This document shows positions 12,371-26,524 of a stretch of 64,000 nt of DNA, piece by piece. The stretch comes from Psilocybe cubensis (Eukaryota). The position numbers and the translations under genes are program-made. Every line of letters begins with the position of its first letter. The first letter of the stretch is position 1. Below the pieces are notes generated by a model. It did no database searches. It worked only from the letters and a program-made list of their open reading frames with translations, and had not been told where the DNA came from. The DNA is taken from assembly GCA_017499595.2 (NCBI GenBank), contig CM038998.1, forward strand, positions 1,488,001-1,552,000. Direction: 5' to 3'.

Positions 12371-15300
12371 ATGGTTGAAAAGTTAACGTTACTACTACAC
12401 CTTCTTGCTTTTGTATTCCATATACCCCCTGGCCTCAGGTCTAGGATGCTTCCGCTCTCTAAAGATGCTCATGAATTACGATATCCAGTGTACCTTCAAC
12501 GGCGCACAGACGAACTCAATAACGACTGGACCACGACTGGGGTAGTCGCTTCTAGCCCAAGCCTACCTACTTCCACGCCGACTTCGCTTTCTATACCTCC
12601 TGCGATACCCACAAATACACCACCTATCCCGACTGATCCTCAGGATATATCAATTTCTACTCTTGACGCGACACCCACACCATCTGACGCTACCAGAGCA
12701 TCGTCTGCCGATGGTTCTCTGGTGTTCACAACAATCTTCCCTATATCCACCATTACACAAGAGTTCACTACGTTTACATCCTTTTCCGAATCTTTGGTAA
12801 CCCGGAGTACAAGTATATCCTCAAGTTCAACTACATTATCCTCAACGACTTCAATGGTTTCCGCCGCGTTCAGCACCTCTTCTCCAATATTGTCAAGGTC
12901 TGGTGAACTTTGCCCAGGCGATGGCTTGGACTCTACCGCTGCGGGGATTTTATCTGTAGTCATTGTTCCGAGTGCAATCGGTTTCATACTATGGGTATGA
13001 TTTTTTACATCATTCTAGAACCCGAGGGTATTGATTGTTCAATAGCTCACATTTGCGATTCTGCGACCCCGTTTCCGACAAGTATACGGCCTACGAGAAT
13101 GGTTTGTACAGCAGGAGTAAGTTCAAACCTGAATGTTTGCTTTTCGTAGTTTGAGCCTAACCACGACATTCAAAGTCTTCGACCAAAGCCCTTGGGTTCT
13201 TCATTTTTTGCGTTTCTTTTTCCAAAGGTCCCTCTAGTCCCTTCACTACCTTCAGACGTATCAGATGCAGGCCGTTCTCCAAACCAAGACGCCAAATTAT
13301 TCCCATCAGATGAACAACTCAGCCAACGCGCGTTATGGGTTGCCTTACTTATTACGCTTGGATGGTCCTTCCTAGCTCTTGCTGGTGCTCTCCCTCTATA
13401 TCTTATCAACACACCTTGTAATGGCAATCTTCCTCCTGCCTCCGTTTTTGGAGGCGGTTACTCAACGCTCACGGACCTCAGCCTAATCCGCCTTGTGAGA
13501 CTCTTTGAAGATGCAGGTATCACAGTCACCGGGTCTTCCTCGATTAAAAGGAGGGAAACTCTGTCCGACTCTGATCCTTTCCATGCTCATGTTCGAGTGA
13601 TTGTGCTGACCGTTATGACCATCGTGCTGGGGATCCTTCCGCCTCTATACAAAATCATCAAGGAGTTCAACAGAGTCGTAGACTATAGACAACGGTGGTT
13701 GGCGGTAAAATGCGAGGGAAAAGATATGGGATGGTTGAGCGCGAAGAAAGCGCCTGGTTACGCTATGTGGGGTGAAAAGCAGCTGAAGGATCATCTGGTG
13801 AAAATTGGCTTGAGTTCGTCGTTGGGTGATGCTGGAAAACGAAACCATACTTCCAAGAGCGCAGGTGTCCGTCCTAGAAATGGCGAAAGAAGAACTAGAA
13901 ATAGAGAAGAAGAACAGCCACTGAATCGGAACGAAGATATGACTGGTGCAGAAGTTGACATTCAGAGCCTATTTTCTATAGGGTGAGTCTATTTTGACTG
14001 TAATTTGTGCTAAATCAGCGCCGAACTATTACACTTAGAGATACCCACAAACTAGCACTACTCATAGATGAACGAGACGAAATTTTGGAAAACCTTGAGA
14101 TATCAGAAACGAAGTATATAAGCTCTTTCCGAGTGACTACTCCAGACCCTTCCATCATAGATTTTGTTCCTCCTCCTCCTCCTGCAGATCCATCACGCCC
14201 ATATATCAGCCGACCTCTTCCACTTGCACCTCAGCAACGAAGGTCTCGTTCACGAAGACATATGAATCGCGCCTTTGCAGCCTCTTCGCTAGCCCCTACT
14301 TCGTTTGTCGCACCATCATCCTATTACAAACTTAGAGGAGTTTCGGGTGTCAGCGGGGGAAGGTTTGCAGAAGTTGGTGTTGATCGACACCAGAGCCTGT
14401 CAGAGTCAATAAACTCGCGCGTTATTGGCAGTAGATTTATGGAAGTGAATCGGAACTCTGTCGCCTATGGCCGGTTACCCTTAGGTACCAGCGTAGCGAT
14501 AGAAAAAACAGGCGAATTGGGACCAGTGGACGGACATGGAAGTTGGCTTCCACATATACCGGATCCCAGATTATTCGGGCCCAATTATGGAATCACTCCG
14601 TATGAAGATATGGAAGTAGACGAACATGGAGTTGTCCGTACTATTCACGAACAGGACGAGGAATGGGTGGATATATCTCAAGATGGCCCAGAAATGATCG
14701 GAGACGATCATAATGGCTTCCCGCCAGAGCAAGCAGGGCCCTCATCCTTCTTACGTCGACCTCGCACCCCGAAATCGGATCCTCCTCCTTCTACACGACG
14801 AGAAACATTTCCTCGTCGTCAAACACAAGTGGTTGATCCTGAATCTGTTCCACCTCCACACCTTCGGCTTCAACCTTCCCAGCCCTTTGTGCGACCCCTC
14901 GACGGCCTAGGCTTCGAGGAACTCGGAAATGTCTATGCTGAAATAACTCAATGGCGCTCACGGCTGAAGATTATCAACGCTGAAATTGCTGACGCTCAGA
15001 GGGACAGTTATAACGATATCGCGTCTGGCACGGGTATAAATGGATGGTTGATGATTGGGAAAGGTCTTCGTTTTATTCCAGGCATTCAGATGATCGAAGG
15101 CAGGGCGAAAGAAGACATCAGATGGGACGTACTTCAGAACGAGAGGACCAGTCTCGATTTAATTGCTATGTGGTCTGTTATCATCGTTGTGGCGGTTATG
15201 TTAGGAGCTGCTTGTAAGGGTTTCTATTCTTCACACACTAGGGGAAAGGGCTGAACTGCATTTTTTTCAGTGACTGCAGCTGTTGGCTTAACTCTTGCAC

Positions 15301-16883
15301 CAGCACCTGATGTTGCACATTTCATTCCATTTCTACAGCCCCTCATTTCGGCGAATACTATTGCTGCAGGGGTTGCCACTATTCTGGCACCAGCAGTGGC
15401 TGTGACTATCTTCATTGTTTTGGGTCTAGCTATGATAAATTGTTCGTCTTTCAGACGCCATTTCTGCTTATGTTGATATTAATCGATCAATCTGTGACAG
15501 GGGTGGCCAAAATCCATGGTTCTGTTTCTATCTCAGGAAACCAACTTCTCGTCTTCAAAATTTCATTTTTCATTTTAGCTGCTATTGGCGCAGTCTGGTT
15601 GATCGCGATTGGTGCGATCCTTTTCTCCATGCAGGCCTTCAGCACAGATGTAAACACCACGAAAACCATCGCTACTGGTGCAATATATATGAGCGTGCTT
15701 GCTCTTGCCATCGTTATCAATATCGCCATCATCTTCCCTGCACTCCTCATGTTGCAGCCCATCCGCCTTTGGCGTGTTCTCCGCGCCGAGAAGCAGGCAT
15801 TGACTCCACGGCAAAGATTCCGGGGTAGGAAATTTGATTTTCTGGTAACTGCCACCAGTTTGACGTATAATATCTAGCTGTTTATCCGAGAACCTATGAC
15901 CCTTCGTATGCCATCGGAGCATGCGTCCTGGCGATTGTTTTTGCTTCCACCTTTGCTCTTATTTTCCCTCTCATTGCGCCTGCTGTAGTCATATTGGTTT
16001 TCCTTACACTGATTGGTATGGTTCTTTGTGTCATTTACGTCTGACGCCCCGCTGATTTGATTCTATCAGCTCATCGATATCTTGTTGGATATGTATATGC
16101 TCGTACCCATTCCCAGACAGGCGGCCTGTTACAAATATGGCTCTTGAAAAGATTCGGAACATTACTATCATTTCAACCCATTCTTCTTGGGCTTATTGTC
16201 TTGTCTTTGCGTTTTTGGGCCGAAGGCGGCATTCTCGTTGGAACAGGGGTCTTCGTGATTATTTTTGTCGAAGCATACACCAGCTGGAAAACACGGTTGC
16301 CGGGACGTAAATCTTTGAGTCCAATCACCATAAACTCATTGGATACGTTTGCAAGTGGAGCTGATAGATATCTCAACTTCGAGACGGATACAGCCAATGG
16401 AAGTAGTATTCCTGGAACGCGAACCCGTGGTTCTATGGCCTCTGTGCTCGAAATGATGAGTGTGACTTTGGCTGTGATGCCTTCAGCCTCTTCCTATAAA
16501 GGTGCTCTACCCCTTCGTGAGTTTTGCCTTCTTTTGCTGTACGTGACAGGATTTCTTATTAATCCCTTCCTTACGTAGAAACCGAAACCTTGGATGACCT
16601 AACGGCCACGGAGAGGGCAGCGCGTACACATCCTGACGCCCCACCCCATTTGCCGCCATTGCCTTTCACTGATCACGCTGAAGATATGGCTGGGATCATG
16701 TACGCACCAGAGTTGATAGCTCCACCTCCTATTATCTGGTTGCCGAATGATTCAGCAGGTGTAGCTCGGTCGGAGGCTGTCGATTTGCAGAAATATCATG
16801 ATCTGCAAGTCACTCTGGACGTGCGGGCCAAGGAAGACGTAATGACAAGAAGGTCTTCGTCGACGCGTCGAAACTCTAGATAA
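12371..16883 (+). CDS. OSCA/CSC1/TMEM63 (DUF221, Rsn1-like) multi-pass membrane protein with long Ser/Thr-rich N-terminus; start may be 12446
   Basis: IFAILRPRFRQVYGLREWF after the first TM; EDIRWDVL before the C-terminal TM block; PRQRFRAVYPRTYD, FPLIAP..HRYLVGYVY...TGGLL, which are typical of the RSN1_7TM region. Confidence 0.75.
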
Positions 16884-17551
16884 TCTATTGTTGTGCTATG
16901 TATGGACAGTTCCCTGGTACTGATGACTACTGAACAATTCTTGACAACTGTATATCCTCCATCTTGCTTGTTGTACTTAGGCTAATGATCTTGTAATGAT
17001 CTGCGATTTCTGTAGAGGAAACATTTGAAATCCATCAGGAATCCAGGTTGTTCTAGGCCTTCGCTTAGGGGTCCCGAGGGCGGATCTGCTAAGTGACGTC
17101 ATGATATACGCCATTTGGTGTGTACGATGAGGATAAAACGATTTTGACCCGTTGAAACCTCGACCCTTGGATTGTGTTGGTATTCCCATGAAATCATCAG
17201 ATTCTTGAACCTGTCCCTCCATACACCTGTCCTGATGTCCAGAAAGTCGTTGTTTCCATCGGAGGAGACTCGGTGCTCAATTTCCTGCAGGCACACCACG
17301 CCTCAACGATAGAGGGCGCTACATTGGCGAAGAGTGCTCTTTTAAAACAAATGTTTCAATATCGAGGTAATGTGATCTGGGGTCGGAATGCCTATATAAT
17401 CATCATCGCGACACAAAATTTGTTCTCTTTTTCTTCCTCACGTTCACGCCTTTATTCCGTCCGCCAGCTGCCAACATACACGAAGCACAGCTCGGAGCTT
17501 TTTTTTCAAACTTTTATACGTTCGCTACACCTTTATATTAACTTTCACCAA

Positions 17552-17863
17552 ATGGCCGAGTCCCCCAACTCCCAACCTACCGATAATACTCTCGACTCGC
17601 TTGCTCTTTACACCCGCTCGTTGCACAATTATACTCTCGCGCTTTGGACAGAATCGCGGAGAATTGCAGAAGAGAAGGCTCGCAGTGAGGGTTCTCCGAC
17701 CGTTCAATCGTCATCTGTCCACTCGCCCACATCAAACGAGATAAAGGAGAAGATCGAGGTCCTTCAGTTGACGCCATCCACGTCTTCGGTTGATACAGAC
17801 GTATTGGCGCCGACGAATCACCCGGACGCAGACAGGCAAGAGGATGCCACATTATCTGGCTAG
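17552..17863 (+). CDS. Small hypothetical protein (103 aa), intronless
   Basis: ATG in caccaaATGG context after a pyrimidine-rich leader and TATA-like TATATAA at about 17393. Helical core LALYTRSLHNYTLALWTESRRIAEEK followed by an S/T-rich tail. Confidence 0.55.
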   Translation: MAESPNSQPTDNTLDSLALYTRSLHNYTLALWTESRRIAEEKARSEGSPTVQSSSVHSPTSNEIKEKIEVLQLTPSTSSVDTDVLAPTNHPDADRQEDATLSG

Positions 17864-19048
17864 ATGCAAAGCTTGAATCTGTCTTTGCATTTTTTCTGGT
17901 TGGTTGAGTCGCATCTTTTTTACTGGTTCAACAAACTGACCGGCCGTAGCCCTTTTATTCTTTAGGCCATTTTTCGACAGACCTGATATCAAATACCAAT
18001 GGTCTTTTTTCTGTGAATACTTCTGGATGTCCGACGCTTGGCTGCAACAATCAATACCTACAACGTCGACGTTGCCCACATTCAATCATTATTTATATGA
18101 CGGATTTGTTCTTGTATTTTCTGCTTCATTACTGGGGACACCTCCCACCTTGCACGTCGCTGCCATCCATCTTCTCTACTATAATCTAGACACCCAATAC
18201 CTCATTATCTCAGTTGTATATATATATTATGGTTTACATCCATCTATTTCACGCATTCCGTCAGCGATGCACATATTTCAACCATATTTGACTGCCCGGA
18301 ACAAGCGGCAGTCAAAGCTAGCCCCCGAAGGAGGATCGTTGTCCTCCTTCGATGAGGCTCTTAGAGTGCTCACTCATGAATTCAACATGTAGGCGAAAGA
18401 AAATGGCCCTGGCCACTCGAAAGCATTCATTGGATAGCATCTGTTCGGTGTCCCTCGGTTATGAAATCCCGACTCTCAGTTCAATGCCGCCAAGACACTT
18501 TGTGAATGTTCAAGCTCACTGTGGGAAACACTGCGTCATCAATCAAGCAAATCAAAACCAATCCAGAAATGGACATCGATCAGAACTTGTTTACAGGCAC
18601 CCGTGACAGGAAAGCTACGTAAATAGGAGCTTCAAATTTATTTCTCAGTTACCTCGAACGTTTTTCGATGCAACCTACCACTAACCGCGCTAGGGTATAC
18701 CATACCCACAGACATTACCACGTTCAACCGACCGCTTATATGTACAAGCAGATACCCTGAGCTTTCTGCTTTTGTCATGCCGATGGTCTTCTCAGTACAC
18801 CTTCTCTTTGACATGATGCTAGTGAAGTCCTCCTTGCTGAACATGTGGCGAGTGAAGCAGCTTTGTTGTCTATCCTGATTCGACTGCTTGTGAAGGTTCA
18901 GCAATGTTGAAGTAGCTCAATTTATTTATAGCTCGAGAAACCACACAAATTCCGCCGCCTTGTGTGAACCACAACAGCTAAACGCAGCTACCAACGAGAA
19001 GCACATGGTTTCGACGGCGGCTACAGGTTTAAAAGAGGCTTCTCTGTA

Positions 19049-22000
19049 ATGTCCCCTGGAGAGTCTGCTCCTCTTGTCTCCATGATTTGGGCCCTCAGAG
19101 TTATCCAGGTGGTGGCTGGCACTTCCGCTGCTGTCACGGCGATACAACCGTCAACTTTCACCGTCCCAGGAGCATTTCCCACTTCGGTGTTTTCAAAATA
19201 TTACAATCAACCTACTGCTACGTCGGCTCAGCCCCAACCAGTCATATCAGACCCTATTACTGTTGCGCTATCTTCTTTTCGTGCTTCTTTTTATGAGCTA
19301 ATTCAATGTTTAGCATACGACGTATCCATTCGCTTTAACGGATCCCAACGATATTCCTGTAAATGATACAACAGATCCTCATCCGTTACCCCCAACAGCA
19401 CCTTCAACCTTGATTTTGCACAGCGCATTTACGCAATTGGAATCACTTTCAACCAGTTCTATTTTTGGATCCAACGCGTGTGCCCGCTGCCAAGCTGCTC
19501 TGGAAATCGGAAAGTTCATTTCCCTCGCAACACCAGCCAACGGTCCAGAATTTTTTGTACATTTTTGTGAAATATTTAATATTACAAGTGCATGCGAAGT
19601 TACGTATGGTCAGTTCACAGGTGTTGGGTCAGTTCTCACTCAAGTTGTGGCAAATGCGGACGTTGGCGGTTATGATGGACAGGTACTATCTTGCTCTTTG
19701 TGATCTTATTCGGGGTGTCGTTAATCATTTTCCAAAGGCGCTATGCCAGAATTTTTTCAGCATGTGTCCTTCGCCGCCCACTGTAGAATTGAATTTGACC
19801 AACTGGTTTACAAAACCCAAACCCCATCCTCTCCCGCCTCCTAGAAAACCAAGTGGGAAGAGAATGAATGTTTTGCACATATCAGATCTTCATTTGGATC
19901 CTAGTGGGTACATTTTCGACATGATATACCGAATGGTAGTCTTATTAAACTTTGATAGGATATTCTACTGGGTCAGAAGCCAATTGTACATCTGGTTCAT
20001 GCTGCCGTACGAACAAGCGTAACGCCAACAGTCCGAACTCAATACTACTGTCCGCTCCTAGATTTGGAGCATACCAATGGTATGCGCAAAAGCGCCTTGA
20101 ACTTTATGCTATTTATTTATCAGTTATTGCAGTGATTCTCCTCTATCGCTTGCTATTGCTGCCCTTGATGCAATTCCTATATTGACTGGCACGGCCAATA
20201 CCGGTTTTCCTATCACCCTTTACACGGGCGATCTAGTGTCTCATGATCCTGATAACCAACTTTCAAGGTAGGCATTTGTGCTATGTTTCTTATTACCTTT
20301 AGATTGATGGAGAAAAAGGGCATACGTCGAATACGCTGAGGTTAATTTGCATCTTTGTTCTACTAATGCCATCCTATTTATGCCATCTCCTCCGTAGACG
20401 GTAGTTTACGATCTTTTCAAACGGATGCTTGGAAACGGGCCAGTGTATGCGGCTGTTGGCAATCACGACAGTTTCAATCAGTAAGAGTGTCCTATTCGAA
20501 GAATTTCAGTCTCTTTATATATTAAATAGGGCACAAGATGCTCCGCACGCCATCGGGGGAGAATTGGCCCAACAATTCAGTTGGTAAGTAGTTTGTTTTC
20601 AGTAACAAGTTGTGTCGTAGTGATGTCAAGCCAGGAATTACGACCACCTCGCTAGTCTTTGGGAGCATGAACACTGGCTTCCAGAAGCTGCTGTGAATTT
20701 GGCCCGTACCCACTATGCCGGCTACATGGTAAAACGATCGGATGGATTGCGGATCATTAGCCTGAACACAAACTTATGTGTGTATACATCTGTTACTTTT
20801 TGTCAATATAGCGTTAACTATCCTTATTTTACTTAGGGTACAGGTACGAATTTCTCCTACAAATGATTCAGCTTGTGCAGAAGGCTCACTGAGATAAACA
20901 GAGCCAATTATTTCAACTATATTAATATGACGAATCCTGATACATCCGGGATGTTGCGGTTTCTAACGGACGAACTTCAAGATGCAGAGGATTCTGGAGA
21001 TAGAGGTACGGTTGTGTTCGTCATTATAATCGTCATAGCTCACTGTTCTATCAATATCCGTATTGATACCATTTTTATCTGCAGTATGGATCATCGGGCA
21101 TGTAATTAGTGGCTGGGATGGTACAAACCCACTCAGAAATCCAACCAATCTCTGTGCGTGTCTTTCCATATATGGATAGCGTGAAAATTAAAGCACACAT
21201 CTCGCAGTTTACCAGATGTAAGTGGTTCACATTGTTACCCCAAAAATCGGAAGGAGAATTAAATTAAATCAACCCTTCTTCTGCCATTCTGTCTCACTAG
21301 AGTTGATCGATTCAGCCCTCATGTCATAGCCAGTAAGATCCAGTTTGATTCGGCAAAACATAAATTGAACACGTTGCAGATATTTTTTGGGGACAGTGCG
21401 TATGCCTTTCTTCTTGACGAAGAAGCTCAGACCAAAGCTTTGTCTAGCACTCATGAAGACCAGATGAGCGTGCGTATTACCTGCTTCGATTCGCCACTAT
21501 GCTTTTGGGTTCTTACATGGTCAAATATAGATTTATTATGCCAATAATGGCACGACAATGTCAGTTGAGACTGCTCAAACCCTTGCTTGGGTAAGTGCCT
21601 ATTAAATCACTCTTATACTGCATATTTTTACTTTATTCGAAGACCGGACCTTCAATAACACCAGGAACAAACATAAACTCTGGTTTCCGGCTTTACGAAG
21701 TTGATACTGCGGTTAGCTTAACAGTCTGTTTGATTGACTCTACTCTGTTCAGCTGAATACACAAATTCTAGACTTTTGAGATTCTGGACGCACATACGTT
21801 TGTTCTTTCCTTCTTCCATATATTTAACAGATACAATCCATCATAGCTTACACGATTGTCTATTTCGTCCTTTTTAGGTGGATCAGCGACGTCAATTCTT
21901 ACCCCGCTCTTGATGCTCAAGTTGCTCTTGGGCCCACGTTTTCGTATGAGTATAACACCCGACAGACATATGGGGGCACAATTACTGAATGGGGACCAAA

Positions 22001-22355
22001 CGATCCCCTGAATGCAACGTGGTGGCATCGGGTCACAGAAGGTGAAGTCTTAAATTTTTGTCCACTTTTTATATTGAAGCTGATTGACTCTCAAATGATA
22101 GCAATGGAAGCTGATTCTGGTCTGGTCACCGTGAGTTAATCGCTCCCCACCTCACATACTCGTCGGAGTAGTCAAAGCCGCCCGATGCTCATTTTTACAA
22201 ACCTGTAGACCTTCAACACGTTCCAAGGCAAAAGCTCTCTGCTCACACCGCCCTGCAAAGACGACTGTATTACGGCCAAAATCTGCTACATTAGGAGTGG
22301 GTCAGTGCCCATCGCGATGCAGAATTGCCAGACAGGCTTCGGATCAGTGCAATAA
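19049..22355 (+). CDS. Secreted acid sphingomyelinase-like metallophosphoesterase; highly fragmented (>20 exons); start may be 19082
   Basis: Signal-like N-terminus, saposin-like Cys region (CARC...C...C), metallophosphoesterase motifs HISDLHLDP, CDSP, TGDLVSHD, AVGNHD, WIIGH, FFGHTHEDQ, N.GFRLYEVD. Stop TAA 22353-22355. Confidence 0.9.
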
Positions 22356-22489
22356 AGGAATATTTTCCTATCAGTTACATTCTATTTTCTTATTACATAC
22401 AATTAGGCGTTACGCAGTGCTCTTCTTCTACAAATTATGGTCGACATAGATTTAGAAGGCAACCCTCACTTCAGACGTTACGCAGTTGA

Positions 22490-23826
22490 TTAAGAGAGGG
22501 CGGGAGTGTTCTCAGCAAAGTATTCATGCGAGTCGGCGTTCATGACGGCGCGAGCCGGGTTGCTCGTGGCGAGGCTCTTCGCAGCGGAGTGACCATAAGC
22601 ATAGTCATCAGTGCCACCATTCCTTGTAAAGTGTGATGCTTCGTGAATGATGGTGCCAGCCTAAACAAGAGTTCTAAATATGTCTTTGGAATAATTTACA
22701 ACGACGAACCTTGGAGTCAGTACCGGTGTTAGGAGCATTCCAGAAAGCACTGCAGAGATAGATCTTTCCGAAACTTGAAAGAGACGAGGATTAGTATTAT
22801 GAAAGTGTATAGCAAATTTGGTTTAAACCTACGTTCCAGGGTAAACATAAGCGTATGCAGAGTCGGTGCAAGAGCAATCGTAAGTAAAGGTAGAGAAGTC
22901 GTTAGCGTTGATAAGGTTGAAGTGAGACAGGACGGTGCTTCGACGAGCAGATGTATAGGCTCCGAACCAGGTGGTATACCTAGGAGAGCCGGTGGTGAGA
23001 GAATTAAGATAACTGTTGTCGGTGATATAGGTGAGATCCCCTTCAAGCAAAAGAAAATTAAGTAGCAGCAAACCTGTACGAGTTGGATGCATAGGTCTCT
23101 GCAGAAGCAATGGCGGTGTTGAGAAGGCTCTGTCTCGAAGACGAACAGCTTATAAAGGTAGCACGCTTGGAAAGATGGGAGTTAATCTCGTCCCGGCGCG
23201 CAACGGCCAAGTTTCCAACCACCTTGGTGGTGATAACGGCTTCTTGTGTAGTAGCATGAACAACTCCAATTTCGTTATTGGGGTTCACAACGTAGAAGGT
23301 GCTGTCGGCCTCAAAATCGTAATCTCCAGCACCAGAGATGGTAAAGTTGTAACCCTCAGACACTGATACATAAACATCACGTTAAATAGAAAATCATGCT
23401 TGAAATGTTACAGAACGTACAATTGTGTGTTATGGATACCGATGCACCAGGCGTGAGGACGGTGAATGCACCTTGCTGCGCGGCGTACTCGGGGGAATAT
23501 TTCACTTTGATACCAGTGAATGAGGGGCGGGTGCCCTTGCCATCAGTAATGGAAAACTTGTTGGCAGGGCGCTTGGAGAGGAGACTACGAGGATCATTTA
23601 AGATCTTAAGAGTCTCGGTGCCCGTGTTGGTAATGGTGGCGGTAATCTTCAAGTTCTCAACGCCAGTAACAGAGCTCGGACCTATCAAACGTTCAGTGTA
23701 TTGTTATAAAAACGATTTCGATAAAAGCGCACCCTTCAGCTTCAGGGAAAGAGATGGAGAGGCTGAGACAGCGACAGCTGTAAGCACAAAGGCAGCCAAA
23801 ACTGAACGGAGGTAAAAAGAGAACAT
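22490..23826 (-). CDS. Deuterolysin / M35 (aspzincin) metalloendopeptidase, preproenzyme
   Basis: Signal peptide [22 protein letters not shown], prodomain, KR maturation site ([10 protein letters not shown]), zinc motif HEASHF..GGTDD and [12 protein letters not shown]. Confidence 0.93.
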
Positions 23827-24469
23827 TGGTATGAAGAGGGGCGTTGTTCAATATCGCCTTTGCAGTGTCTCTTGAATTTATAGACGACAGAAACCTCAAC
23901 GTTAGAAGCTAAGCCTACTTGGCAGAATAAAGAACCATTCGATAATATGCGGTGCAGCAGGTTATTTTGCAGATAAAAAGGAAGAAAGTAGAGGATTGCG
24001 ACAGCTGATGGCGTTATCAAGAGACGCTCACGAGGGCGGACAAAGAATACACCAGCAATACGCGCCAGTTTCTCGGTGAGCACCATAAGGACTTCTAACA
24101 GAGTAAATAGAGAGGAAGCCAAGAGAAATGTTAATCCATGTGAGGCTGCGAAAGGAGAGTCGCCATTTCGGAGTACGCCTCACGGTTGAAGTTGGTTTTC
24201 CAGAGCCATGTGCAGATGCAGTCTATGTTATTACACTTTGATGGGTAGTGGGTAGAACCGATCTCCATTATATCAGTATGGGAGCTTGATGATACTAAGG
24301 GCAAAAGAGGTGGGCGAATGAGTCCCTCGCAGAGTCTGGAGATTGTCAAGAAGACAGCTATTGAGAGCAAGAGCGCATTGAAGCAATTTGAAAGATGCGA
24401 GATTAGATAAGATTTGTTGTTTATAGTGTCACAAGTTAGAGTAGCTTGCTGACTCACTTGGTTCTGACC

Positions 24470-25699
24470 ATGTACGACCACCGAAGCCTTCCTAAAGAAA
24501 TATGGCTTGAAATATTTGAATGGGCTACCTATAATTCTAGCTTTCCCCAGGATCATCATGCTCCCTTCCGCGATGTTCCTCACCACGGCGATGACTCTGA
24601 TCTACCAGTTAGGGCCAGTCTTTCTGGGGTGTGTCGTACATGGCAGATGTGGATGTGGACAACGCGATCTTTGTATAGGGACATTCAGATAAGGCCTGGT
24701 GCACATGCTCTCAAACGTGCTCTAGAAGTGCGCCAACCATCAGGTCGCAGCTACGGAGAATCGGTTCGTTGATACCTTCCGTTTGCTACTGTGTACGCAT
24801 GTCCTCATTATCACGCGTAGGTCCAACGCGTGGTTCTTCCATATCAAAGCACTGTGCCGACATGCTTTCCTCTATCACTCGAAATTCTCGGATTATGTTC
24901 ATATCTCCACACTCTTATTCGCCCCCAACGCTCGGTCTTTGATGGTCTCAATTTTGATAACGAGGTCATGGGAGTGTCTCTACCTTCACTGCAACATCTT
25001 GAATGGTGGCATAGCAACGAAGCTGAACGATCGGGTGGCATCAACTCGCTCGGTGCTGTGCTTCGTGGTGCGCCAAACATACACTATCTTTTTATTGGCG
25101 GCGTCGTCGGTACAACCACCACTTTGCAGGAAAGACAGAACATTATTCTACCGCATCTACGTATTCTACGCTTATACATCAGGAGTGGGCTGTTTCTTCG
25201 ACAAATAATCACCCGCTGGTCCTTACCTTCTTTGACTCACCTCGTTTTGGATTCACCTCCAGTTAAAGATGGTCTTCAAGAAGTATGGGAGGTACTTGGT
25301 GACCGTCTCGAAACTGTAGAATTTGGAAAGCACGTTCGCTTTTGGATGAACGATTGTCTAACACCATGCTTAAAAGGCTGTCCTAATTTGAAGGAGCTGA
25401 ACTACTACCTTTTTTTCACTGCCCCACCGGAGTCAACGTATGTTCATTCAAATCTTACAACGATCGGACTTCATCCACACGTGAACGCATTGCTTGACGA
25501 TGGAAACTCTATATGGACCTTGATAGACCAACATTTTGAAATTCTTTGTGGTGTCAGCTTACCTGGGCTGCAAAGGGTTGTCCTTCACGGAGATTGGGGT
25601 ATTCTTCGTCATCCTCGGTTTGCTGCTATTCAAGAAAATCTTAGGAATAGCGGTAGAGAATTGCAGCTGTCTGAGCAGACTCAAATGCGGTTGATTTAG
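24470..25699 (+). CDS. F-box-like / LRR-like hypothetical protein
   Basis: N-terminal LPKEIWLEIFEWAT..SLSGVCRTW (F-box-like) and LxxLxL repeats (LPSLQHLEW, LPHLRILRL, LPSLTHLVL, CPNLKELNY). One intron at about 24763-24820. Confidence 0.7.
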
Positions 25700-25812
25700 G
25701 GGCAAAATCAGCTTAGATATGGAAGCCTAACAATAGCCTGGTAGAAATACTTAAACTGAATGATCTCTTGATTCCCTCAATGCGTGTCAGAAGTTGATGA
25801 TAATTTTATGCT

Positions 25813-26524
25813 CTAGGGTGATTCAGCTTCCGTAAAAAATCGTCTGAGGTGAGCAGCTTCTTCTTCCATGTCTCTAAGAGAGCGGGGTGCCCTATCTTCG
25901 TCAGCGTCGACTTTAAGACGGGAAGATCCTGACACATCATTCATATCCGAGGCTAAATTCCCTTCCGTCTTTTCCAGCTCTGGGTAAATATCGTCGTTTC
26001 TCCCAGCAAATGGATCGGTGGATTTGCGAGGGAGGAGATGAAAGTGAACATGTGGAACTGATTGACCAGCCCCTACCCCATCCTATAAAAAAGGTAACAA
26101 GAGATAAGAGCTTTGAATGATTGATTCTGATAGAGGGCGAAGGACCTGGCAAGCAATGGTCAATGCATTCGCACCGTATACTTTCTGGATAACACTGCCA
26201 ACGCGTTTGATAGAGCGCATCATGCATGCAAGTTCATCGTCTAACTTGGAAAGAGGGCATTAGGCGCAATTATGTATATCAAAATAGACCTTGAACACAA
26301 CCGTTGAGGTCTGTTATGCGGGGGACATTTCTGTTAGGTATCACAAGTACATCTAGCTCAAAATATTGATAAGCCATGCTACAGTTTCGGACCGTAAGGC
26401 AATGAAATGAATACATACGGCCGGGGACTATAGGCTTGAGATTGACAATCGCATAAGACAACGAAGCACGGTAGAAAGCCTGAGTTGTGACTTCGAAGGT
26501 GGAGAATAGTAATTTGGAGGACAT
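25813..26524 (-). CDS. HIT-family diadenosine triphosphate hydrolase (Fhit/Hnt2-like)
   Basis: [37 protein letters not shown] (histidine triad), [22 protein letters not shown]. Confidence 0.92.

Noticed and set aside
18027-18904. ORFs 18027-18392, 18352-18606 and 18638-18904
   Set aside because: UTR-like composition with no splice-consistent model or recognisable domain.
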